Below, in pieces: positions 26,080 through 37,329 of a stretch of 64,000 nt of DNA. Every line of letters begins with the position of its first letter. The stretch's first letter is position 1. The notes below the pieces were generated by a model, which did not search any database, was not told the DNA's origin, and was given only the letters and a program-made list of their open reading frames with translations. The stretch comes from Cenococcum geophilum (lineage: Eukaryota): assembly GCA_050273025.1 (NCBI GenBank), contig CP158635.1:19654001-19718000 (forward strand). The letters are read 5' to 3'. The position numbers and the translations under genes are program-made.

Positions 26080-27699
26080 ATGGACGCAACGATTGAAGCA
26101 GCCAAAGGATGGCTCAAGCAATGCTTAAATGAGCACGAGTCGTGCCGGAAGAAGGCTCATCTAGCGACGATGTGGGCACACGGCTCCATCCATATCGTCA
26201 GAAACCTCGGTCACGATGATCGAATGCCGCGACGACTTCTGACATTCGACGCCGATTCCGTCAAACTTGTGGAAATCGGGAAGACCACCGAAGAGATCAA
26301 ATATTTCGCATTGTCACATCGGTGGGGCCCACATGAGACCTTCAAGACCACCGAGGCTACCATTGACGATTTTAAAAGCGGTTTCCCCATTTTCAATTTA
26401 CCAAAAACTTTTCGTGATGCTGTCGAAGTAACAAGAGCTTGTGGATACAAACACTTATGGATCGATTCTATATGTATTATCCAGGATAATCCCAATGATT
26501 GGAAAGAAGAATCTCCCCGGATGGCCATCGTTTACGGAAATGCGGTTTGCACAATCATGGCTATGGATGCCGAAGACAGCGACAGCGGCTTGTTCTGCCA
26601 CAGCACATTTAAAGAATCAGGTCGGCACAGTTCTGGCACCCTCAATTCACGCGCATGGGTAGTGCAAGAACGCATGATATCTTCAAGGACGCTAGCATAC
26701 ACCGAGAACAGCGTACACTGGGAGTGTCGAGAATACGATGCGACACAGAAAGAACCAAACTTAGTTAAGAGGCTGTTAAAAGACGACAGTGACAAACTAC
26801 CAACACATCCAAAGGACATCTTTGGGTTCTTAAGGGACTTCCGTATCAATGGAGAGAGCGAAGATTCTGCTTCAGACCTGCGTGAATTTATGGACTTCGA
26901 TGATGGTCTAATTGGGGAAAAAGACTCCTACGAACCCTTCCTAAAAACCTGGTGGCAGTTCCTCGAGCTTTATACCCCCTGTAACCTCTCGCATGAAGCT
27001 GACAAATTCCTCGCTATGAATGGAGTGGCAGCTGTTACGCAGCGTCACACGAGACTACGAAACACATGGGGCCTTTGGCGGAACTTCCTGGAACACGAAC
27101 TCTTATGGTCAATCGATCCTCAAGGGCCGCCATCAAGCCGACCGAAGCATTGGCGGGCTCCATTCTGGAGTTGGGCCAGTACTGACGGTGGCAAGGTTGT
27201 CAACAATTACTACAAACGCTTACCAGCCCTACCTCAGCTGATGATTAAGCCTGAAATCCAGGTTCCTGTCAACACTAGCTTCGATGAAAGATTACCCATT
27301 CCCGCATGGACCTTTATGAACTACGGCATGGTGCTAAAAGGCGATCTCCGAACGGCAGACCTCACCGTCACACTTGACGAGGGAGAAAATAGAATCTATA
27401 CAATCAAGCTGGAAAGCACGGGTCGCTGGTCTGAATCGGAAGAGCACGAGTTCCGGCCTGATGCGCCTATGCAACTTCGCACCACCTCTGTCCAGTGCTT
27501 CCTCGTTTTGCATTACGACAAGGGGGGGTTAGGCGGCGACTATTACGTCGATGTTCGCCTTGTTCTCCTATCAGTTGGCGGACCAGAAGATGACAGGATC
27601 ATGAAAAGGGTTGGGTATCTCGAGACACGGTATAAGGAGCAGCGTGATTGGGACGGTATTTATGAAGACTTATGGTGGAAGCATGTCGAGTTTCGATAA
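26080..27699 (+). CDS. HET-domain (heterokaryon incompatibility, PF06985-like) protein
   Basis: 539-aa ORF with WLKQCLNEHESC, YFALSHRWG, LPKTFRDAV, LWIDSICIIQD..DW..E..RMAIVY.NA, LNSRAWVVQER and WRAPFWSWAS. Confidence 0.92.
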   Translation: MDATIEAAKGWLKQCLNEHESCRKKAHLATMWAHGSIHIVRNLGHDDRMPRRLLTFDADSVKLVEIGKTTEEIKYFALSHRWGPHETFKTTEATIDDFKSGFPIFNLPKTFRDAVEVTRACGYKHLWIDSICIIQDNPNDWKEESPRMAIVYGNAVCTIMAMDAEDSDSGLFCHSTFKESGRHSSGTLNSRAWVVQERMISSRTLAYTENSVHWECREYDATQKEPNLVKRLLKDDSDKLPTHPKDIFGFLRDFRINGESEDSASDLREFMDFDDGLIGEKDSYEPFLKTWWQFLELYTPCNLSHEADKFLAMNGVAAVTQRHTRLRNTWGLWRNFLEHELLWSIDPQGPPSSRPKHWRAPFWSWASTDGGKVVNNYYKRLPALPQLMIKPEIQVPVNTSFDERLPIPAWTFMNYGMVLKGDLRTADLTVTLDEGENRIYTIKLESTGRWSESEEHEFRPDAPMQLRTTSVQCFLVLHYDKGGLGGDYYVDVRLVLLSVGGPEDDRIMKRVGYLETRYKEQRDWDGIYEDLWWKHVEFR

Positions 27700-28603
27700 T
27701 TCTATCAATGTACTAAATTGGAAGCCATGTTGGTCAACTCCCCCGTGGACCCCGAAGAGAAACAGTGCAGCTGGGGCGAATGAGAAATCAGCAGTAAAGT
27801 CGAGATTGGACCCCCACCATCTTCACTATTACAGTTCGCGAACACTTTCGCACTATGTTCGCAAAGGATTTATCAGATCACCGAATAGATATAGCGCGGA
27901 ATATAGATGAGAGGGTCTATGGGGAAGAATTTATGGAGCTCGATCGCTGAGAAAGATATCTACAAGGTAGCCCGTGCATTAGTCCGTCCCGAGTCTCAAG
28001 AGCTGCCCGCCTACCCCCAGGATTGGATGAGCGAGGCTGAATCTCACCTGAAGAGAGCCACGCAACAGCTAACTCTGAAATCTTAATTACGACCAACCTT
28101 AGCATCAGAGTTAGATTCACCTACTACACATTTTTAAATTATTAGAGTTAAAAACGGCACTCAGTATAGAGATGCATTAGCAAAATTAACCATAGCAGGG
28201 TGCTGTATTATCCGGTGCGTACCCTATTTCTTTCTATATATCTTTGGTTGCTTTGTTTCGCCTCTGACTAGATGCAGGTTTTGGCTCTATGCATTGATAT
28301 GCTCATGTCTGCCTCGTGCTTACTTGTTCGGTTAGCGTGCATACATCCGCATCCCGGGCAGGGTGGGGCATAATCTAATCGATAACGATTGATACGATAC
28401 GCGAGATCATATCATATCATATTATATTGATTGATTTTTTTGATCCGCCACTAAATAAGCCAGTAATCTACTATTATCCTTAGCTTCCCTACTAATTAGG
28501 TATCTTCTCTCTACCCTCTATTTATACTTTTCTTTATATAAGATACTATAAAATAAAATAAAAAGAGTAAAAAAGAGAGGAGATTAAAATTAGTAACTTT
28601 TAT

Positions 28604-29139
28604 CTATTCCTTAATATCTAGTTCTACAATCTAATCCTTACCCTCTAGTGCTCCCGCTGCCGCTATTATAGGCTAAGAATTTTTATTATACGATAAACAC
28701 TAAGCTCTATAATCCCGCCACTTGCAATTTCTATAGCACCTACTATAGAACCCTAAGAGACTCCGACACTTAGTAAAGGGGTAAGGGCCTATTAAACGAC
28801 GTAGAGTTGCCGTATAGGCCTTATAGGGCTAGCGTTAATTAGCTCTCTACCTTATATAAGTAATATAGGTTACTTATAATTATATTTAGAGATCTATAGC
28901 TCTAAATTAGAATTGCATTTATATATAAGGGCCTCCCCGTCCGTACCTGCTTCTTTAATACCCCTCCTACCTAAGCCTCTATATTAATTGCCGGTAAAGC
29001 TTTTACCCTCTTCTGCTTATCCTAAGAGTAGTTAGTTATATAGGTATATTATATAGAGAGGAGAGTTTACTTATAGTATGGTAATGTTGCTAAAGAATCT
29101 CTTATATAGTAGGACGGGAAGTGTACCAGATAATTGTAT
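28604..29139 (-). pseudogene. DUF3716-like Cys-rich gene carried inside the hAT 3' region (3 exons, RIP-mutated)
   Basis: Introns 29070-29022 (GTAAAC..ctaac..TAG) and 28877-28829 (donor G>A) give QVRTGRPLYINAILI*SYR | PYKAYTATLRRLIGPYPFTKCRSLLGFYSRCYRNCKWRDYRA*CLS. Reverting RIP-type changes gives RPSYVNAILIQSRG..PCxAC..GPxPFxEC..GFHGGCCGNCKWRDHGAQCS. Confidence 0.72.
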
Positions 29140-29571
29140 TTCCCGATTCTTGATAAAGGACGACGTTGGTGGGATTTAAACTTATAATTTATTAAGTTTA
29201 AAGTTAGTATATGTTTACCTATGCCACCTACGCGCCTTTAGTGGTTACCTTTTACCTAAAATTATTTTATTTATATATTTTATACCCCTCCCTTAGTGTT
29301 GTATAATATATCTCTTATATATTTTTCTTTATACGACTACTATATTTCTTTTAAAATTCCACTCCATCTTCTTAAGGTTCTATAATCTAAGCTATATTCT
29401 CTCCTATAATACCGTATAACGCCCTCCTGAAAATACTCTCTCTAGTTCGTTACTTATGGCTAGAATTAAAAGTACCTCTCTTGTAAAGAGTAAAAGCCAC
29501 AGCTAGCGCTTTATTTGTTGTTTTTAAGACCACCACTAAAGTGGAGAAACTTTAATTTTGTACAGTATTTT

Positions 29572-32500
29572 TGTTAGCGACTCAGTCAATCGAGGCACGA
29601 GCACGGCAAGAGGGACGCGCAAGCCTGTACAATTGGTAGTCTATAAACGAGGATCTAAAGCTAGAGAAAGGAAGGAGAAGAATAGCAGCGCCGCTTGATA
29701 TTTTATGCGGTCCTTAAGTCACGTGACCCGCGTCTACCATAATCTATGTCTGCTAAGATCCACCGTTTTCCACCAGCGCCGTAACATTACCCTCCCCCTC
29801 CGAAAAAGCCTGCCCTCAGGCTTTGTATATCCGTGTTATGTCCGTAGGGTATTCTTATCTTTATGCTTAGTAGGCAGCCTATCGTCTTCGCTATACCAGC
29901 ACTCCATCTACTTATTGAGGTACTTTAGGGGTCCGGGTTCGTTAGGGTATTGGTTGTGGAATTCTTTAAGCCTCTAGGGGCAGCCTATAAAGTTCCAGGC
30001 GGGGTACTAGGTTGGGTCTAGATCATAGCCTTTCTATTAGATACGGTATTGTAGCATTCCTTATACTAGTTTATAGGCTAGTATTTTATTAACTTCCTAT
30101 TCATTATCGCTATTAACTTAAATTAGTAGGGGAGGCTTATTCTTTTATCTAGGTAGTGGGTTATTTACAGCCTTTTGTAGCTTATCCGGCGAAAAGATAG
30201 AGTAAACCTTAATTAAGTCTAGGAGCTCAACCTTGTACGAGTTGCCTTCTTTATTAAGGATCTTATACGGTCCTACCATCTTATAATCTAGCTTACGGCT
30301 AGGCCGTTCTATCTTCTAGTTCTTTGTCGTAACCTAGACCCTATTATCTACAGTAAAGTCAGGCTCGCGCCTATGCTTATTTGCCTACTGTTCTATTAAT
30401 TTCTGGGCCTTTTCTAGGTTCTTACGGGCTACCGTCCAGGCTTCTTCTAGGCGTTTAGCGTATTGCTAGGCTTCCTTATAAGATAGTTTTTCGCGTACGG
30501 TCTGTGGGCCTTCCGGTCTATTCCAGTTAAAGCTAGTACGGAGTAAATATCCTATTTCTAGCTAAATAGGAGCAAACCCTGTGGAGTCATAGGGTAGGGT
30601 TACCTGGGCGTAGTCTATTAGGGGTAGTAGTTCGCCCCAGTTATCCTAAAAGTAGTTAACAAAGGGCCAGAGTCTCTAGTCCAGGTATTAATTTATAATC
30701 TCCGTCTAACCGTCTGTCTGGGGGTGGTATACTATAGAAAGCTTTAGCTTAATGCCGAGGATCCGAGTAAACTTATTCCAGAAGGCCGATATAAACTACG
30801 GCCCGTGGTCAGATATAATAGTATCTAGTGGTCCGTAAATTCGGTAGATATAATAGATGTATAGTCGGGCTACCTCCTTAGCATCAATATCCTTATAACA
30901 GGGGATTAAGAGCGGGCGCTTGCCAAAACGGTCAACTAGGATTATTACCATATTATATCCGTCACGGTCTGTAGGCAGCTTATAGAAGTCTATAGAGATA
31001 TGCTGCCAGGGGCGTTCTAGTATCGGGAGTGGCTTTAATAGTCCTAGAGTCTTATCTCGCGGAATTATAGACCTACGGCAGTCGTTACAGTTCCGTATAT
31101 AGCGGTTAATATCCATAACTATTTCGGGCTAGTAATATCGGTCACCAATAATTTTGCGGGTCTTATTCTTTCTAGGGTGGGCCGTAGAGACCTAGGCATG
31201 TGCTTTAATAATAAGCTAAGTCCGTAAGTTCTATTCCTCTACTACTACTAGCCGTTCCTAATGCTTAAGTAATCCATTTTCGAGGGACCATAGGCTGGTA
31301 ACGTTCTTTGCCTTTTTACGGTACTCCTGTAGAGAAAGGGCCGTACGGTTTATCTACAGTAATTCGTTAATTAAGTCAAGTCCTAAAGGGTCAATAGGAT
31401 ACATCTCGGCGCCTAAGGAGTCTGTACTTAGTTCTGCCTATATCTGGGGGTTAAAGTGCTCTGGTCGTAGTAGTGTCTAGGTCCATAATAAGATCTTCGC
31501 AGCCGTCTAGTTACCTAGGTCTTGTTTACGCCTTATAAGAGTATCCGCACGGTTCGTAGCGCCTAGTCTATATATAATTAAGAAGTTAAACTAAGATAGG
31601 ATATCCGCCCAGCGTGCCTACCGGGCCGTAAGGGCCTTGGTTGTTATAAAGTATTCTAGGGCCTTATAATTTAAAACTACCTTAATAGGCTTAGGGGTCC
31701 CCTTTAGCTATATACGCCAGTACTAAAAGCTAGAGATAATAGCCAGCATTTCTTTATTATGGATGTGGTAGTTTAGCTTAGCATCTATTATAGTCTTTAA
31801 ATAGTACGCAATAGGGTGCCATTCTCCGTCCGGTTGCTTCTGGGAAAAAATATCGGCTATCGCGCCGTCTAAGGCATTAGTTTTTAGCATTAAGGGCCGT
31901 TCTAGGTTAAAGTGGGCAAGTAGGGGAGCCGATACTAGCCGTTTTTTAAGCTCATTAAAGGCCTGTATATATATGGCGTCAAAACAGAAGGGCTGGTCTT
32001 TCCTAATAAGATGGTTAAGAGGCCGGGCGATCCTACTGTAGTTTTTAATAAAGCGTTAGTAGAAGTTACAGAAGCCTAAAAATAATTATACCCCCTTTAC
32101 GGTCCGTGGGGGTGCCTACTGGTTAATTATAGCCGTTTTCTCTAGGTTAGCCTTAACTCCGTCTATACTAATAATAAAACCTAAGTACTTTATACGCTTA
32201 ACACTAAATTCTAACTTCTTAATATTAGCCTGGAGGCCAGCCTTGCGGAGCCGTTATAGGACTTTATAGACGTGCTTTTTATATTTTAGCTTATTCTTAA
32301 AGTAAATTATAATATTATCTAGGTAGGCCGTATAGAAGTCGTTAAGGTAGTTAAAGAGTATATCGTTTATATACCGCTAGTACGTAGCTAGTCCGTTAGT
32401 CAGTTTAAAAGGAAGTACTTTACATTTATATATTCCGTAATAGGTCTAAAATATAGTAAGATTTTCTAATCTAGGGTTTATCCTAATTTAGTGAAAAGCC

Positions 32501-35489
32501 TAACGGATATTGAGCTTAGTAAAGATCTTAGCTCTACTTATTTGGGCTAGAGTCTCCTTAAGTAAGGGTAGTGGATAGCGGTCCTTACGGGTTATATTAT
32601 TAAGTTTACGGTAGTTAATACAGAAACGAAGTCCTCTATTTGGCTTTTTGGCAAAGAAAATAGGCGAGTTAAAAGGGGCTTGACTGGGCTTAATAAAGCC
32701 CTTATTTAGGTTATTAATAAGGTACTACTTTATAGCCTATAATTCGGCAGTAGACTGCTAACAAAGGGGGCTATAACTAAGGGTGTCTTCCTTATCTAGC
32801 TTAATCTTAATCTTATAGTCGTACGGTTGGTAAGGTAGGAGTATATTGGACGCTGCCTTAGAGAATATGTTTTTGAATTTCTAGTGTTAATAGGGTAGTT
32901 TCTATTCTACTAGCTCCTTATCCGTAAGCTTACTTTCCTATCCGCTAAGCTTGCTTTTCTTTTCCTTAATTATTTGATTAATTTTATATAAGCTAGTAGT
33001 AAGGTAACGGTATTAGGTTGGACTAAGTTCCGGTAGAATCCTACGGCGCTAATACAGCAGATATTAACTAGGGGAAGGTCTATAGGTTTCTTTACGGACT
33101 TTTATTAGGCCGTATTTTGCGGAATAGGGTTTATAGTCTTCCTTAGCTTACGTTTTATTTTCCGTAAGTTGTTCTTCTAGTCTATTAGTTTAGTATAGCA
33201 TCTAGTATTCCTAGCCTTCCTTTATAGCTATATAGGGCCTAAGTTCTCCACGGGGGACTTAGCTAGGTCACTACTAATTTCCTAGATTTTTAGTGCGGGT
33301 GGCGTAATATAGGTAGTCTAGGGGCGGTGTAGTATATAAATCCGTTACGGATTAAGCTGTACATCTTTCTTAAAGGCCTAGTCCCTACGTATAGTATCGG
33401 CCTAGTAAATAGTATTAATTTAGGGCCGTATAAGGTTCTTTATTATAATACTAATTTCTTTTATAAAGGAAGGGGTTAGGGGTAGGGATTTAGGCTAGAT
33501 AAGCCGTCTACTTCATACGTTAAGCTATAAGCCTAAATAGGCTAGCTATTTTCTTTTTAAGATTATATTATAGCTTCCTAGGTCTGTAATAAGAAAGGGG
33601 ATATTATACTGCCTTCGTCCATTAACACGGAGGTAGATCCGTAAGATAGTCGTAATAGGTAGTTCTATCTGTCCATTATACCCGCGAATAGGAACTGGTT
33701 TAGGCAGTTCTTTAAAAGGCGCATTAAAAAATTTAGCTAGCTTTATAGCGCACTGGGTATCTATTAAGGCAAAGGCATTTACTCTAGAGTTAGTTAAAGC
33801 GGAGGTTAAAACTTAATATCTATTGCGAAATAAAGTATAAGGGATAGTGCAGCTTCTTCTACTAACTAGCTGACTTAAATTAATATGTGATATATTAATT
33901 CCTTTTAACCCTAGAGAGGAGTTTTTCTCTAAAGTTCCTCTTTTTCTGGCTCTGTGCTATCCTCCTAAATTAATAGAACTTCGCCCGTTTTTACCTTTGT
34001 CTGGCAATCCTTTATAAAGTGGTCTTTTTGGCCGTATAAGAAGCAAGCTCCTTAATTGCTGAGGGCTTGTTTACGGGGGTTGTTATATATAGGCCAAGTG
34101 TACGCCAGACCCGTAGTAGGACTAGCTGTACGGCTAGCTGCTAAATTAATGGTAGGCTGTACAGCTAGTGCCGTAGGAGTTATAGATTGTGCTAGAGTGT
34201 TACGGGCCATTTGTATAGTGCTTATAGTTTGGTTTAGAGAGTTTCTAGCTTTATGCCGCTTAGCTTATACCTTAATTTAACGAAGGCCTTAGTTAATAGA
34301 TAGGCAGTGGTCCGTAAGTACCTTTAGTGTCTATATAGTAGTAAAAACTGGTAGTACGGCGCGCTGTAGGTCTAGGGTAAGCTTATTAAAGAGGTCTAGT
34401 ATTAGGTCTTTATAGGGAATTTGGGCTTGGCCGGCTAGGTGCAGAAAGCGGGTCTAAAAGGCTAAAAAGGTCTCCGTTGTCTTTATGTTAAGAGCTTTAT
34501 AATTAAGGCGGGCGTTCTGTATCTTAAAGGGGTCCTTATAGATGGAAGACAAGTAGTCGATCATCTCATCTCCAGAGAGGAAGGGATCTGCTAAGTCCTG
34601 GGCGTATCGCAGACGTAGGTGCGTCTGTGCGTCTCCGCCGATACGGCCGAAGACGTAGGCCATCTTAGCTTAAGTAGTGGGGAAGTGGTCCGTATTAACT
34701 TCGAGCTTATCCTGTAATTAAAGCTTCCAGTTATTAAATATAGGGTTAGTTCCGTCTGTAAGTAACGGGGGGTCTATAACCTTCGCGGACCGTAATAATG
34801 CTAATGCTGTGCGTTAGGCTAGGGCCTTAAGGACTATAGCAAGTCTCTAGGTATCTAATAACTCCTTGCTAGGTGTAGGGGTGTCTCTGGTTTTAAGCAG
34901 CTCTTAAAGCCGTTTAATTTCGGCATTGGCTGCTGCGAGCTCTTCCTGGGGGGTTAAGACGGCGACTGTTTTACTATTGGAGGTATTTGCGGGTCCTACA
35001 GCGGCTTTGCCAGCTGCTGTATTTCTTAGCATGGTGGTAGGGGTATTGGGTAATTTCCGGTGTTTATTTATTTTCTAGGGGTTCTGGTCCGTGCGTGTTC
35101 TATTCTTAGGTTTCGCGTTCTATTTGTGTTCTTTTGGTTCTTAGGTCTGTCCTGTCCTTGTGGTCCTAGTAATATCCTTAGGGTCCTGTTTTGTGTCCTT
35201 GTCCTGTTTGTGGTCTTATAGATAGATATATTTAAGTTCCTTTTTAGGAAGAAGAGTAGATAAGCTTTGGATAATGTTAGCGACTTAGTTAATCGAGGCA
35301 CGAGCACAGTAAGAGGGACGCGTAAGCCTGTACAATTGGTAGTCTATAAACGAGGATCCAAAGCTAGAGAAAGGAAGGAGAAGAATAGCAGCGCCACTTG
35401 ATATTTTATGCGGTCCTTAAGTCACGTAACCCGCGTCTACCATAATCCACGTCTGCTAAGATCTACCGTTTTCCACCAGCGCCGTAACA
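29572..35489 (-). mobile_element. Full-length Ty3/Gypsy chromovirus 1 (RIP-inactivated)
   Basis: 215-bp LTRs at 29572-29786 and 35275-35489 (TGTTA..TAACA); TSD ATTTT at 29567-29571 and 35490-35494; PPT next to 29787. Remnants of gag, protease (LTNSRVN), RT (AYLDNIII), RNaseH, integrase (HISIDF, SDHGP, YHPQTDG) and chromodomain (~29950-30110). Confidence 0.95.
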
Positions 35490-37329
35490 ATTTTAGAGTA
35501 ATAGTTATTGTACTTATCCTGGCTTACTAGTTAAGTAACCTTTTTATTTAATTTATTTATAATTTAATTGTACTTATTAAGTTCCTTATACTTATCTTAT
35601 AATAGCTTATTATATAATACTGCTTAAAGAGAGGTAATAGGCTTTTCTAATTCTTGGTATGTTTTCTAAAGCCGTTAGACCTTTAAAAGTATTATTTTTT
35701 TACTATTTCTTCTTTTAAAATGTCTTAATATACTTTATATAACGATTTAGGTAAAGAATAAGTGCAGTGGTGTAAAGAGGGGAGTTATCTATTCTCTGGT
35801 AGTACTTATTAAACTTCGCCTATATATTCTTTACTTAAAGTAAGAGAGCTTTATTTAATTTAAAGAGTGCCTATTATATAATATTAGCTTTAGCTTAAAT
35901 AAAGTACTTAAAAGAAGAGTTATATAAGAGAATTCTCTATATGTTTAATAAGTACATCTATTATAAAGAGTACTCGATTAAGTATTATATAATTCCCTTA
36001 TATCTCTAATATTGTACGGTAAAATAGCTTTAGAAAGGTATAAATTGTATAAAGAAGCTTTTAGTCTTATAGCGAGATATAATCCTCCTTAAGCGTATTA
36101 AAGTTGCTTTTAATATAGTTATTAATTCCTAACTTATACTTAAGTGAAACGCTTAGTATTTAATACTAGCTATTCTATCTTGTATAATTATTAAGTAGAA
36201 CTTATCTTCTAACTAAAGTCTTAAACTCCTTTATACAATTAGCTAAGGTATAGAAGTATATTATAATATTATAAAGCTTACTAAGTAGGCTTATTGCTTA
36301 GAAGGTATTACAGACGCTTTAAGTACAATATTACAACTACTAGAAGAAGAGTCGGAAGAAGCTAGTTAGTTAATTTAGGCATGGTCCAAGATAGAGCTAA
36401 TAGAACTATGTGACAAGAAATAGTAACTAAGGTCACGTGGGGTGATCTATATAATCTATGGGATCTATATAATCCGCAACAAAGTAGATAGAGCACACGT
36501 ACATTACGTACAAGAAGAATTTTATAGGAGTACGGTTGTGTATTTAAGGACCCTTAGTCCCTACCTAGATAGTTCCTTCCTTGTAGTAATTCTCAGAATA
36601 TAATTAGAGTTAATCTGTTAGGCAACCACTCCACTAGTTATTATTACGTTGTTAACTTTTGTACTTATATTTCCTACACACCTAGCCTAATAATAGGACC
36701 CATCGTAGTTCTTACTACAAGGTTCCGTTACACAATCACTACCTAGTTACAGTATCAATATAGAAAGTCGAATAACATGCCACCAAAAGCAGCCACTATA
36801 ATGCTATCGACGGCGGCAACTACTTCGAGGTTAGTTAACGACACTAGTATAGTAGACACTAACTTATAGCAACCTATAACGGTCGGACAACTATAAGAGA
36901 TAGTGGACTAGTTGACAGAAAATAATATAACGTTAGAAAATAGGATTAACGGGATAGGCGCAGCAAAGGTTAAGTTACTATCAATTAAAAGATACTTAGA
37001 AGAAAAATCAAAGCTTAAAGGATTCCTTATATAAATGCACTTTAAGGTAGTACAGGAAGGAGTAAAGCTGGTAACACCTATAGATTAAATAGCCTATGCA
37101 GGACTATTCTTAATAGGAAGAGTACTTAAATGGTTTAAGCCTTATTTTATAGAGATATAAGTAAACGGCATAACAACTACCAACTAAGAGGTACGGTTTA
37201 TGTTCTTAAGCTAGAATGGATTTATAGAACGGCTTACACAAATATTTAGAGACCTAGAGGCAATAACTACGGCGGAAAGAAAACTCTAAGACATTACGTA
37301 ATAAACCTTAGCAATTAAGTATACAATAC

